From: Schizochytrium sp. TIO01
Taxonomy: Eukaryota > Protista > Bigyra: Labyrinthulomycetes
DNA length: 64,000 nt
Direction of reading: 5' to 3'
NCBI GenBank assembly: GCA_004764695.1
Contig: SMSO01000014.1
Span: 6,500,029 to 6,564,028 of the forward strand
The notes beneath the pieces were generated by a model. That model did not search any database. It had not been told where the DNA came from and saw only the letters and a list, made by a program, of their open reading frames with translations. The translations under genes and the position numbers were made by a program. Positions within the stretch are counted from its first letter, which is position 1. Each line of letters starts with the position of its first letter. This document shows positions 10,198 to 21,400 of the stretch, piece by piece.

Positions 10198-12276
10198 ATG
10201 GGGGCGGGTGGTTCGACTGCGTCGCGAAAAGAGACCGATCTCGTGGTCCAGCGACAACCATACGAGACCAACACAAGTTATCGAATCCGTGTCAAATTCC
10301 AAACAGAAAAGCTACCCCGAGGAACATGGCAGCAAGACTTGGAGAATATGTTTGGGACGACAAGGCAGCACTTTTCTCTACAAACTATTGTAAGCAAATT
10401 TCACAGTGACCTTAATGTGAACTTATCCCCCAAAATGCTTCGTGAATTTTATGGCTTTCCAGAAGACAACATTTCTCTTAAAGACATTGCACGAGTCTAT
10501 ATGGATGTATCTTACAATCCTTCAATCGGTGCCATTTTTGCAGCATTAATTAAGGAGCGTGATCAATTGACAGAATTGATCTGGAATGAGTTTCAGACTG
10601 ATTTTCAAGGCACACCAGTAAGCCAGCTAGCAGATGTCACACAAGTTGTCCGTGATTATACAGACCTAGAGGGCCCTCCAGTTACTGCCGCACAGTTTGA
10701 AGACTTCCTTTTGAGCGAAGCCAATTCCGCTTTCGATCCTCGCCTCAATTCCCTAAGACGTTTTGATCGGCCTCTTTCAGAGTATTTTTTGCATGTGGCT
10801 AAAATCCAGGATTGCGATAACATGAGTGCCGAGGAGATGATCACTCGCTACGCAAGTTGCATACGCCGGGGTGCTCGTGTAATAGAGCTTGAATGTTGCG
10901 GTGGGGCTTCTGATGGGGAACCACGTGTGTTTGCTGACACAGTAGCAGAAGACGCGCCACGAGACGATTTACCGACGTTGAGAGACACTTTGTTGGCTAC
11001 TTTTACAGAGTGGAATGATTTTTTCAATAACCCACGTCGACCACCGATTAAGTGCATGGCAACACAGACAGAGATCAAAGCAATGCCTCTGCTTGTAGTA
11101 ATCACGGTTCAGACGTCTTGTGATGCAAAAGTACAGGTGCAGATCAAAGAAAATCTTCAGGAGGTTTTCGGAAGCAAAATAGAGAAAATTCCATTCAACG
11201 AGAATGGTTCTATTTGGTCTCCTGCTCAGCTTGACGGCCGTGTCATTGTTGTTCTCTCGCATTCAATGGTGGGAAGTCTCGATGGCGAGGGCAACCTCAC
11301 CCCAGGCCCGCCTCTTGAGAACGAATTGGTTGAGGTCGCACATCTACGTATGGTTACAGTGCATGAGATTCGACCCATTTTAGATCAGGCCAAATCCCGA
11401 AAAGATTTGCGAAGGCTTCTCCAGGGCTTAGTGCTGACATTAGCTTCTGTTGAACTTTGCGCACATATCATGGAGCTGTCTTCAATTACAGATATGCTTC
11501 TCATCCACGTTCAAACATCAAAACGAACAATTCTACAAAAGAAAGAAGGCAATCTACTACAGCGTGAAGATGACCAAGGTCGGGATCAGGATACACGTCA
11601 TGTCGTTCAGTTTAGCGAGCTCCGGCCTGGAGAAACCTGCAAGGTTGTAATGGAAGACGAGAATGTGCAAGAGATACAAAATGATGAGGTAGAGCCCTTG
11701 CGCGGTTGGAGATATGGCGCGCAAATTGTTCCTGTGAATGCTTACGGGCATGACGAAGCGTCTTTGCAAAATGCATCACTGTTTATTCAGCATGGTGGTT
11801 GCGGTTACGTCCCACGGATGCCCCGAGAGACATTTGCAGACACGAAGGGTTTCATTGATCTATATGATGATTTTTGTAACGAGTATGCACGTAGCTTGTT
11901 TGTTACCGTGCTATCAGCATGTCGCGTGCCACGCGATCAAGAGTTAACACAGCCATATTTGCGCATGTATTGTAACAACGGAACAGGTCTAAAGCAGGTA
12001 GCTATCACAAGCACCGTGGAGGACAATGGATATAACCTCATTTGGGAAGAGGACTTTGAGTTCAAGTTTCACATTAATGACCTCAATTCGGCAGCGTGCA
12101 TTTTGTTTGCTTTACACGATCGAAATCAGCTGGCCTTAGATACCTTTGCATGGGCGTCTATTCCTCTCTGGGGACTTCAGACTGGTTACCGCCGTGTTCA
12201 GATTTTTGACATGAATCATAAACCAGTCCCGGGAGCCATTTTATTTCTTCATTTTGATTGGGAGCCCGAGGAATGA
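10198..12276 (+). CDS. Phosphoinositide phospholipase C-like protein (EF-like, X/Y boxes, C2), probably catalytically inactive
   Basis: FEDFLLSEANSAFDP, DRPLSEYF, RRGARVIELEC, SPAQLDGRVIV (X box); GWRYGAQIVPVN...NASLFIQHGGCGYV (Y box); TSTVEDNGYNLIWEE...LQTGYRRV (C2); MGAGGS N-myristoylation motif. Confidence 0.85.
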   Translation: MGAGGSTASRKETDLVVQRQPYETNTSYRIRVKFQTEKLPRGTWQQDLENMFGTTRQHFSLQTIVSKFHSDLNVNLSPKMLREFYGFPEDNISLKDIARVYMDVSYNPSIGAIFAALIKERDQLTELIWNEFQTDFQGTPVSQLADVTQVVRDYTDLEGPPVTAAQFEDFLLSEANSAFDPRLNSLRRFDRPLSEYFLHVAKIQDCDNMSAEEMITRYASCIRRGARVIELECCGGASDGEPRVFADTVAEDAPRDDLPTLRDTLLATFTEWNDFFNNPRRPPIKCMATQTEIKAMPLLVVITVQTSCDAKVQVQIKENLQEVFGSKIEKIPFNENGSIWSPAQLDGRVIVVLSHSMVGSLDGEGNLTPGPPLENELVEVAHLRMVTVHEIRPILDQAKSRKDLRRLLQGLVLTLASVELCAHIMELSSITDMLLIHVQTSKRTILQKKEGNLLQREDDQGRDQDTRHVVQFSELRPGETCKVVMEDENVQEIQNDEVEPLRGWRYGAQIVPVNAYGHDEASLQNASLFIQHGGCGYVPRMPRETFADTKGFIDLYDDFCNEYARSLFVTVLSACRVPRDQELTQPYLRMYCNNGTGLKQVAITSTVEDNGYNLIWEEDFEFKFHINDLNSAACILFALHDRNQLALDTFAWASIPLWGLQTGYRRVQIFDMNHKPVPGAILFLHFDWEPEE

Positions 12277-14226
12277 GGTAGTTAAACCGTTGTTGTTTTT
12301 TAATAGTGGGAAGTATTGTGCAATGATTTTTTTTCTTTACTTCGATCTGAGCTTCTTGTTATTACTTTTGTTTTCCCATCATTCCCAATTTGCCTTGATT
12401 GGGTCGCTCTGACTAATTAAGGCTAGTTACATTTTAAATTTACTTAGTATATTCTCCAAGATGATTGACCCGGGGATGTTCAAAGTCTTGCCAAACCTAG
12501 CGTATATCTGTTTGTATTTAGATTGATTTTAGGATCCACGGTTTCTTTCGCTAGTTTTATTCTTTCAAGTTATACCTGAATTTTTAAATGTTAGATGCTG
12601 AATGAAGACGGACTGCCTGAATCCATCTTTGATATTTTTCAATTTTAATCTTTCTAAATTTCAATTTTATTAAAGTGTATCGCACAGCGACGGTCAGCCA
12701 TTGTCTCTCTTGTTCCTGGAACAAGAGTCTTCAAGATACATACATATCCTAGTTCTCCAAAAGTCGATTTTAATGCAAGCGATACTTTTGAGCATAGATG
12801 CGCTATTGATCAATGGAAAACCTAGCTTCATGGTCCATGTGCAGTTGGATCCTCTGTGAATGGGGGTCACACGAAGGAATGGTTGCACATGATTAGTTCT
12901 TACTTATGACATAGAGCGTGACCCTTCCAAGATGACAGTGTAAACCAGCTAGCTTATTCTCAGATCATTCTACCAGCACATTGAAAGTGGCAAAACTACC
13001 CACTAGCTACCTACTAAATATAGCTGGAGTATATTTGCCCGAGGTTGCCTAGTTCATCACACCAGTTCCCGCATTCATCATGTCTCCATGTACTACTCAG
13101 CCAAATGAGTGCACCTACGACTACTAGTATGGTAAGTAGATAGTACCTAGTGTATATGGCACGTAAATGAAAAAAATAAAAACAAAATATTCGAAGAACA
13201 AAATGAGCATCACAGTACAGTTAGCCGCATTTCATTTCCAATGTGTCCCATCTTATGAACTTCCTTGCGCCATTCTCCAGATGCTTTTTTACTTCCCAAG
13301 TTACCACATTTCTTGCTTCATTATAGTATGCCCCCCCCAATAGTAACCCCGTCATTACCAAGGCGCCATTCCTTCCCCCATAACTCGTCAGAATCTCGTT
13401 ATCTCATATTCGAGTTAAGCTTCGCCTTCAAAATAGCCATACCAAACTAAAAAGTATTCCCAATAATTGATTATGGCGTAGTTTTCTTTCATCTGTGCCT
13501 TTATTTCTTTCTTCTCCTTCTTTTTCTTTTCCTGCTTTTCTGTTTCTCTTCAGAGTCAGTCTCATTATTCCCTTTTTTTTCTTTCTCTTTTTTTCATAGA
13601 GGGCCAAAAATCGAAAGGGGCCGCAACCAACCTAGGAGTTGCTGTTACACGTGTAATAGGGACCGGAAGCTGCGGCGAACGAGGTCCTTTTTTGCCTCTT
13701 TCCAGAAACACACATCCGCTGCGACTGCGGCGCTTTGCTGTACTTGTGGGGAAGTTTGTTCCACTTGCGAGGGTTATAAAACCTACTTCAGCGGCCTATA
13801 ACTCATTGTATACGTGGCGCGGAAAGGGCGCTATTTGTGCGGCGCTGCGAGCTCGGCCGTGTGTTTGAGAGTGGAATAAAATAAATCAAAGAAAGAAGTA
13901 AGGCATCCCCGCCAAGTGACTCGTGAAACTGTTCGACGAGACCCCGATTAGCTGTTCTTCGATGGTCGTGATCGATCGTTCTCAGACAGGATCGTGAACT
14001 CACCCAATAAAGCTATCGAAATGGATGTGCATAACAACAGAAATGACGATGTTAATAGAGAATCAACAAGGGCGACAAGAAGAGTGCTACTTATAGTGCA
14101 AAACAAGAATAACCTACTGTGAAGGCAGGGCGGTACTATGGGTTATAAATGAAACAAATCAGCAAAGTTGATAGAAATAATAGCACAGACTCGATTACTT
14201 AGTTTTTAGTTTTAAAAAGAGTCTAA

Positions 14227-14259
14227 AAGCAAAGCAAAGCAAAATCAAAGCAAAGCAAA
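14227..14259. repeat. (AAAGC)n pentanucleotide repeat just upstream of the anthranilate synthase start
   Basis: aaagcaaagcaaagcaaaatcaaagcaaagcaa. Confidence 0.8.
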
Positions 14260-14327
14260 CCAAGGCAGACCCAAAGCCAGAACTCCTCGCGTCCCTTCGC
14301 GACCCCTCGCGACGCTCCCGAGCTCCA

Positions 14328-16688
14328 ATGACGGCCGACGCGGACCCCGAACCCTCGGCAAAGCGCCCTCGCGTGGATGCGGGTAGCGAAGCATCGAACC
14401 CCACTGAAAAGCTCTCCGTGGGCAGGCCAAGGTACAAGCCCGACGACCGCTCCTACAAGACAGAGGGAGGTGTAGTCGTCTCCCGCAAGGTCTTGGATAC
14501 TAGTGCGACCGTGGTGGAGGACGTTGAGAACCTCGTCGACGCCCTGGACTCGAAGCGAGGATGCATCTTTGAGTCTGCCTACGAATATCCAGGAAGGTAT
14601 GCCCGCTGGACAATGGGATTCTGCGACCCTCCCGTGTCTTTGGAGGGCTGGGGCCGTAAGTTTGCTCTCACAGCTCTCAACTCGCGCGGAAATGTCATCC
14701 TGCAAGCCCTGAGCCAGGCTGTGAAATCCTGCGAGGCAGTGGACCAAAGCTCTCTTGAGATCGAGGAGGCAAGCATCAAAGGAACGGTCAAGGAGCTTTC
14801 GAACGCAAGATTTAACGAAGAGGAGCGAAGCAAGCAAAACTCCATCTTCTCCATCGTGCGGAGCATTATTGCGAAGTGGAAAACTGAGACCGAAGTGGAC
14901 CCGCAGTTGGGATTGTACGGAGCATTTGGCTACGACCTTACGTTTCAGTTCGAGCCTGTGGAACTCAGACACAACCGTGACCCCGCCCAGAGAGACCTTG
15001 TGCTGTACCTTCCGGACTCGATCCTTGTTCATGACAAGCAAACCGCCAAGTCGTGGAGGCTTGAGTATGATTTTGAGGTGACCAAGGAAGACGGTTCCAA
15101 GATCTCCACAGAGGGACTCGCACGAGAGGGCAAGGTAGAGCCCTTCGTTCCCCAGACATCTGGAGAGGCCTCGAGGGATCACGAGCCTGGTGAGTACGCC
15201 AAGAGTGTCGAGAAAGCTCGGGAGGAATTCAAGGTTGGAAACCTCTTTGAAGTCGTCATCAGCCAGACCTTCCGTGAGCCCAGCAAAGCTAAGCCATCAG
15301 AGATTCTCCGTATGCTCCGTATCAAGAACCCTTCCCCGTACCTGTTCCAAATTAATCTTGGTTCTAACGAGTACCTTGTGGGCGCTTCTCCTGAGATGTT
15401 TGTCCGTGTGGAGAAGACATCCGATGGTATGCGTGTAGAGACATGCCCCATTTCAGGTACCATCCAGCGTGGTGAGAACGCTCTCGAAGATGCTGAGCAA
15501 ATTCGCCAGATTCTCTCTGACAAAAAGGAGGAGAGTGAGCTTACAATGTGCACAGATGTTGACCGCAATGACAAGTCTCGTATTTGCAGACAAGGTTCTG
15601 TTCAGGTCATTGGTCGCCGCCAGATCGAAAAATATTCCAAACTCATTCACACTGTGGATCACGTCGAGGGATACTTGCGTGACGGCTCCGATGGCGGCGA
15701 GGCCTTTGATGCTCTTGATGCGTTTCTGGTCCATACCTGGGCTGTCACTGTCACTGGTGCACCCAAAACTTGGGCTATCCAATTTCTTGAGCGCAATGAG
15801 CGCTCTCCTCGCTGCTGGTATGGTGGTGCTGTCGGCTTTGTAGGGTTCGACGGCAGCCTGAACACCGGTATGACTTTGCGAACAATTCGTCTCAAGGATG
15901 GTGTCTCTGAGGTGCGTGCCGGTGCCACTCTTCTCTATGACTCTGTCCCCGAGGCAGAGGAGCGTGAGACTGAACTGAAGGCATCTGCTTTCATTGAGGC
16001 TGTGCAGAACGCCCAAGCTTTTGCCAAGAGAAACACAAAGAACACGCCTCAGTCGCCCTCTGTTCAAGTTTCCACTGGCCCTACTGGTATCGGAAAGAAC
16101 GTGGTTCTCATTGATCACCAGGACTCTTTCGTGCACACATTGGCAAACTACATCCGCCAGATCGGAGCCAAGGTGTCCACTGTACGATTCGGCATTACAG
16201 AGGATGAGCTCATGGCTCTGAAGCCAGACCTTGTCGTCATGTCACCTGGACCCGGTAAGCCTTCTGACTTCAAGTGTGCCGAGACCCTTGCGATGCTAGA
16301 GAAGCTCCGCATCCCGGTCTTTGGCGTCTGCCTTGGTCTCCAGTCTATGATCGAGGCCTACGGAGGCAAACTCAGTATTCTTGACTACCCCATGCATGGA
16401 AAGCCCTCGAAGGTCAAACAGACTCATGAAGGCAAGTGGAATGTTTTTGAGGGCATCGAAGATGAGTTTACTGTGGCGAGGTATCATTCCCTTTATGCTG
16501 AGCGCGACTCTGTACTTGCCGCATCTAAATTTGACATCACCGCTCAGTTAGACGATGGAACCATTATGGCTGTGGAGCACAAGGAGCTCCCCCTCGCAGC
16601 TGTGCAGTTCCATCCTGAAAGTATTCTCACGCGCCCTGCTAATGGTCTTACAATGCTCCGCAACGCGCTTGAAAAACTCAAGTACTAA
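14328..16688 (+). CDS. trpE(G): Fused anthranilate synthase, component I plus glutamine amidotransferase component II (TrpE(G) type)
   Basis: ESAYEYPGRY, GLYGAFGYDL, NPSPY, GASPEMFVRV, ETCPISGT, ELTMCTDVDRNDK, HTWAVTVTGAPK; GATase DHQDSFVHTLA, SPGPGKP, GVCLG, RYHSL, QFHPES. Confidence 0.95.
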   Translation: MTADADPEPSAKRPRVDAGSEASNPTEKLSVGRPRYKPDDRSYKTEGGVVVSRKVLDTSATVVEDVENLVDALDSKRGCIFESAYEYPGRYARWTMGFCDPPVSLEGWGRKFALTALNSRGNVILQALSQAVKSCEAVDQSSLEIEEASIKGTVKELSNARFNEEERSKQNSIFSIVRSIIAKWKTETEVDPQLGLYGAFGYDLTFQFEPVELRHNRDPAQRDLVLYLPDSILVHDKQTAKSWRLEYDFEVTKEDGSKISTEGLAREGKVEPFVPQTSGEASRDHEPGEYAKSVEKAREEFKVGNLFEVVISQTFREPSKAKPSEILRMLRIKNPSPYLFQINLGSNEYLVGASPEMFVRVEKTSDGMRVETCPISGTIQRGENALEDAEQIRQILSDKKEESELTMCTDVDRNDKSRICRQGSVQVIGRRQIEKYSKLIHTVDHVEGYLRDGSDGGEAFDALDAFLVHTWAVTVTGAPKTWAIQFLERNERSPRCWYGGAVGFVGFDGSLNTGMTLRTIRLKDGVSEVRAGATLLYDSVPEAEERETELKASAFIEAVQNAQAFAKRNTKNTPQSPSVQVSTGPTGIGKNVVLIDHQDSFVHTLANYIRQIGAKVSTVRFGITEDELMALKPDLVVMSPGPGKPSDFKCAETLAMLEKLRIPVFGVCLGLQSMIEAYGGKLSILDYPMHGKPSKVKQTHEGKWNVFEGIEDEFTVARYHSLYAERDSVLAASKFDITAQLDDGTIMAVEHKELPLAAVQFHPESILTRPANGLTMLRNALEKLKY

Positions 16689-18420
16689 TTAAGTAATGTG
16701 CCACCTTTACTTCTTGCTAAACACCTTTTAATTTTCTTCCTTTCGTTTCCCTTCTTTTTACAGGTAGCATTTCCTTGAAACTATGCCAGATCCCCTGCAA
16801 CCCTTCGCTTGTCGTATATGTTCACCCCATCTCCCCTTTAAAAATCACCCTATTTGCTGTCCTTTCTTGCGATTGCTATAAACGAACACGAAGTTGTAGC
16901 CGCAAAGCTAAGTGGAACACGAAGATACCAACCTTGAATCTCCGTTTCTCGAGACTCTAGTGACGCAGTCCCTTCTACATTGCGCCTACCTGCCCAACTG
17001 CCCTTTTCCTTTCAGTTTGCCCATGCACTTATCGACCTGTTAAGAAGTGTACCTGAATTTCGCTTTGCAGTTCTGAGTGGCTGAAACTTCCGCAGTTAAA
17101 ATGTCATTGTCCTCGGGGACTGTTCAAGAGTATGAAACGGCCATTGTACCTCCATGCCCCCATTCTCCTCCATATTCCTTTTTGCCTTCGAACCCTTTTC
17201 AATATGAACATTCTACTAAATTAAATGTACTCTAGAGTTAGTTAAAGTTTCTCTCTATTCTTGCCTCATGTTACGGACATATGGGCTGTCTTAGCCGCTT
17301 GGTAGCCCGAACCAATGAAGCTATCTGCTTAGTACTGGTCGTCTGGCAGACGTTGGGCAGCATTCTCAACCGTCAGCTCGACGCGTGAATACTGCCGCAC
17401 GCGTGATTTGGAGAAGGAATTCATATCGAATGTATATTTTCTGAATGTCTTCTTCTCTGTAGTCTCTCCTTTGTTTTGCTCCTTCTTTGCTTCTTCCAAA
17501 CAAGGTCTTCAGAGATACTTTGAGGTGCTAGAATTGTCGGCAAAAGAGCTTCCGAATTCTGACATTAGATCAGAAGGTGAAAATAGCGGGAGTAGCAGCA
17601 AAGAATTATGTACAAGCATACTTCATGGGGTTTTAGACCCTGCTAGAATTTTATGGTCCTGGATGAACTCAGAGAACTTCCACCAATAGAACAGTTTTTT
17701 CTGAACTGCAGAATATATCTTAAGCTTGGAGGAAGAGTTTCTTCCAGGCAAAGCTCCGAATCAATACGAGGTGATTGATTGCACGAAAAGGAGCCTTGAA
17801 AAGCGCCAGAGGAAGGAGATAGATAGTTTCATGCTGCGATCCCTGCAACGATAACCAAGAAAATGTTAGGCAGGGCCGTCATGTATGCTTGTTACGACAG
17901 AGGCAATAACACTCCTGTCGGTGAGCGGAACATGTTTGACAAGTTTGGATAACGGTATACATACTATCCATCTTTACCACCAACCTGTTTGCATGAGTAC
18001 CATATTGTATTCATTCTTTGTGAGTGGCATGAGCTATGGACCATCCCGTCTAACCATGGGTGCACGGGGTTTCAAATGGTCGAGGTGGGTTGATGGTTTC
18101 ATGAAATCTCGATCATGACTGACCAGATGATACTTTTTTCTTTTTTCCTTCTCAAATGTAGCTCTCTACCGTATAATAGTAATTTTGGGCTAAAAACAAA
18201 ACAAAATAATTATAACTTTTCTATTTCTTTTTCTTTTCTTTTTTTTGACAGAATATGAAGACTATCAAATCGGGCCCCAGTCTTGAAATAATATAAGCTC
18301 GGTGTACTACCAATAGAACTATTGGAATCATTCTGCTTGGATTAAAGAAGAAGATGGCAGTCATGCAAATCCGAATATAGAAGAATGTCATCAATAAAGA
18401 AGAATCTCATGCATCACCAA

Positions 18421-21400
18421 ATGAGACTCCTCTACGTCAAGTTACTGTGGACGGCTAGCCTGAATGCTGCCTTAATCCAAGCCCAGCAAGTCTCGCTGAA
18501 GACTCAGCTAGTTCCTGATGCAAGTGCTTATTTCTCTAAGGCACCGGGCTGCATGGCTCTAGGCGAATACTCACATGAGCTTGATTTTATTAGAGAAGAA
18601 CCAGCAACAACTCCGCAAGAATGTTGGCAAGCTTGTGCAGATAGTTATGAATCCTCATATCTCCGTGGCGTATACTTTAAAACTAATTATGAAGGCGAGT
18701 ATGCTTATGCAGGTGCATCGGCATACTACTACGGTTATACTTGCTATAGTTCCTATGGATGCAAAAGTGAATATGACTGGTATAATGGAATCGGAACAGT
18801 GCGACCAAATTCATGGATCGAATTACGGGTGTTTCCTTGCTATGACATTTCTTTATATGACAATGATGGGAGTGAATCTAATATAAATGTACCTGCTTCG
18901 AATGAGTTTCAAAATGTGTTAGGTTCATCGTTAGAGCAAATGGATACGATAGAGATGTTCTGGTATCCTTCAGCTGGTTACATTTGTACTCTCGGCTCTA
19001 GTGCGCCCTCCAATTTTTTAGAAGCATGTGCCTCCTGGGAGTTCCATGAACAGGATGGGACATGCAGGTTGTATCAGGGCTCCACATCTTTAGGAAGTAT
19101 AGTTAACAATAACTTGGTGAATGGTACAATCGTATCTGGCGATCTGTCTTGTCAGAATGATTTTGATACTTCCTCAGTTCCCCGAAGGTTTGCCAGGTTT
19201 TACGAGGAACGAGGATGTCTTCAATATGGCGTGCGAGCACCAAACTACGATCTAGCAAAGTATAATGACATCCCTGATCCCCATGCATGTAGACGTCTCT
19301 GTCAGGAAAACTCAGAATGTGTTCTCATCAGATATATGACTAATCCAAGTGCTGCACCAAATTGTCTTCTCAAATCTGCTGGAGCGATGGCCAACTGGTT
19401 AACAGATTCTAGCGGGTATCTTGGGACTCGTGACTGCCATACATGCCTGGATGGGTTTTACATACAAAACCAAGGAGTCCCTGACAGATAGTTGTTATAT
19501 CTGCGATAGCGGATATTATTGCCCCCTCGGAAATCATATACCATGCCCAGGAGGAAGCTATTGTGTTGCTGAAGGTCTTACGGAGCCTATCCTTGCAGAC
19601 CAAGATAATCAATGTTCCTTGACCCAAAGTGGAGTTGCATGCCAGCATCAGGTATGTCGGGACAGTATACTTGGCCTCAAATTGCTTCAATTAGAGTATC
19701 AAACCCCAGATGCTTTTAATTTTACATTATACGAAGCTGGGGTGGAGTTTCTTGGAGTACAGCAAAATATAGAAGAGACTTTCACCGGCGAATTACAACT
19801 TTCGCACACATTTCAATATGCGCTAGCTATCAACTGGTATATGGCTCCACCTACATACGAAGCTAGATACGTCATTGATGGCCAGGAAATAGGGTGGTAT
19901 TTGTTGGATCCAAAATGAGGTAGGTATAGATTGCCTTAACATGGACCAACATTACATCACAACAGATCTGAATAACCTAGTCACGCAAATGCCTGTTGGA
20001 ACATCGTTTGACTTTTGCATAAATATTCTATGGATGTTCCATTGGAGACCCCAAGACTGGGAGTTGTCAGACTTTGGTTCTGAATCGCAGATGCCAGAAG
20101 TCAAAGTCTGCAAAAAAAATTTAACGATACACTTTCATAGCAAGATCAATTTTCTTATTACTACTGTAGATGGACACACTACGCAAGAGGAGGTTTCTGT
20201 TGTTTACAAGACCTATACACCAACAACAGGTTATACTTCACATACTTCTAATTCAAGTGATGCTGATGGTCGCATTTCACAAGAGATTTTTGATCATGGA
20301 GCTGACATGTACTTACAAATCTCACTGCAATCAGCATCGAAAGTTGGCGTTAACACTGACATTCGTGTTTGTCCACCCACGGCGTCATTCGATATTTGTA
20401 ATCACGAGACTGCAATTCCGTTCCCGTACGAAACGGTGCTCACCCACCTGCTTGCCACCCGAGTGCGCCTCGTGGATGTCTATAGCTTGACAATTGCCGG
20501 TACTATTGTTATGGCAGTCGATCAAACTTCTCCTGTCTCTGAACATTGGTGTGGCAAAGCCGAAGTAAAGGTCATAGCTCGAAGTGTTCGTACTGGTCTT
20601 ATATTCTCTCAATCTATTACAGATAGTGAGGGGGGCTTCACCCTCACTGTTCCACGTGATACCGATGTTAAACTGGAAGTAGAGTACGCAGACCATTTAT
20701 TTGAAGCGGCCTCTAGCAACGATACAGTAACAGCTGCACTTCTTGGGAGCGGCATTCAGGTTTCTACAAACCTAGATCAAATCATCATACATGATGTTAA
20801 GACACAGCAGCTTTCATTCTCTACATATATCACAGCGTGCCAGAATTTTCCGGACCAGGTGAAAATTACCCTCACCTATGAAGCTTGTGCTAATAAGCAT
20901 ATTGTTCTCACACCGTCTGAGATATATTCGGAGTGGGCATTGCCCGCAGCATCTTATACCTTCAGTATTGAATACCCCACACTACCACAAATGCGAGATG
21001 CCTTCGAGGCAACATACCCAAACAATACTTTGAGTCGATTCATTGATATGCGTGAGCACAACCAAACTATCGAAGTGATATACAACCCACAACCCAACAT
21101 TTCAATCACTACAACGAGTCAAGTAGGCGATAAGCAGGAACACAGTAGCACCACCTCATTGCTGTTCGATATCATGCTTGAAGGTTCAAGGAATGTGGAC
21201 TTTTACATTACAGCCTCACAACAATACGTGAACGAAAAATTAGAGGGTAGATATTTAGAATGGTGTTATTGCGTTCCTGAAGACAATAGAACGACAGCTA
21301 CCATGTTCAGTACACTGGCTTCTGATTACGCTCCTGAAGTTGGGCTTGTTTCATCTGTTTTGTGCTCTGACCAGATGCCATGCAGCCTTAACTTTAGCAC

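Noticed and set aside
19910-19920. Euplotes-like AAA-stop +1 programmed frameshift (CCA AAA TGA here; also AAA TGA at 24423-24428)
   Set aside because: At the last junction the TM helix lies in the new frame well before the AAA TGA, so the shift must occur earlier. Both motifs are explained as out-of-frame readings of xAA AAT GAx.
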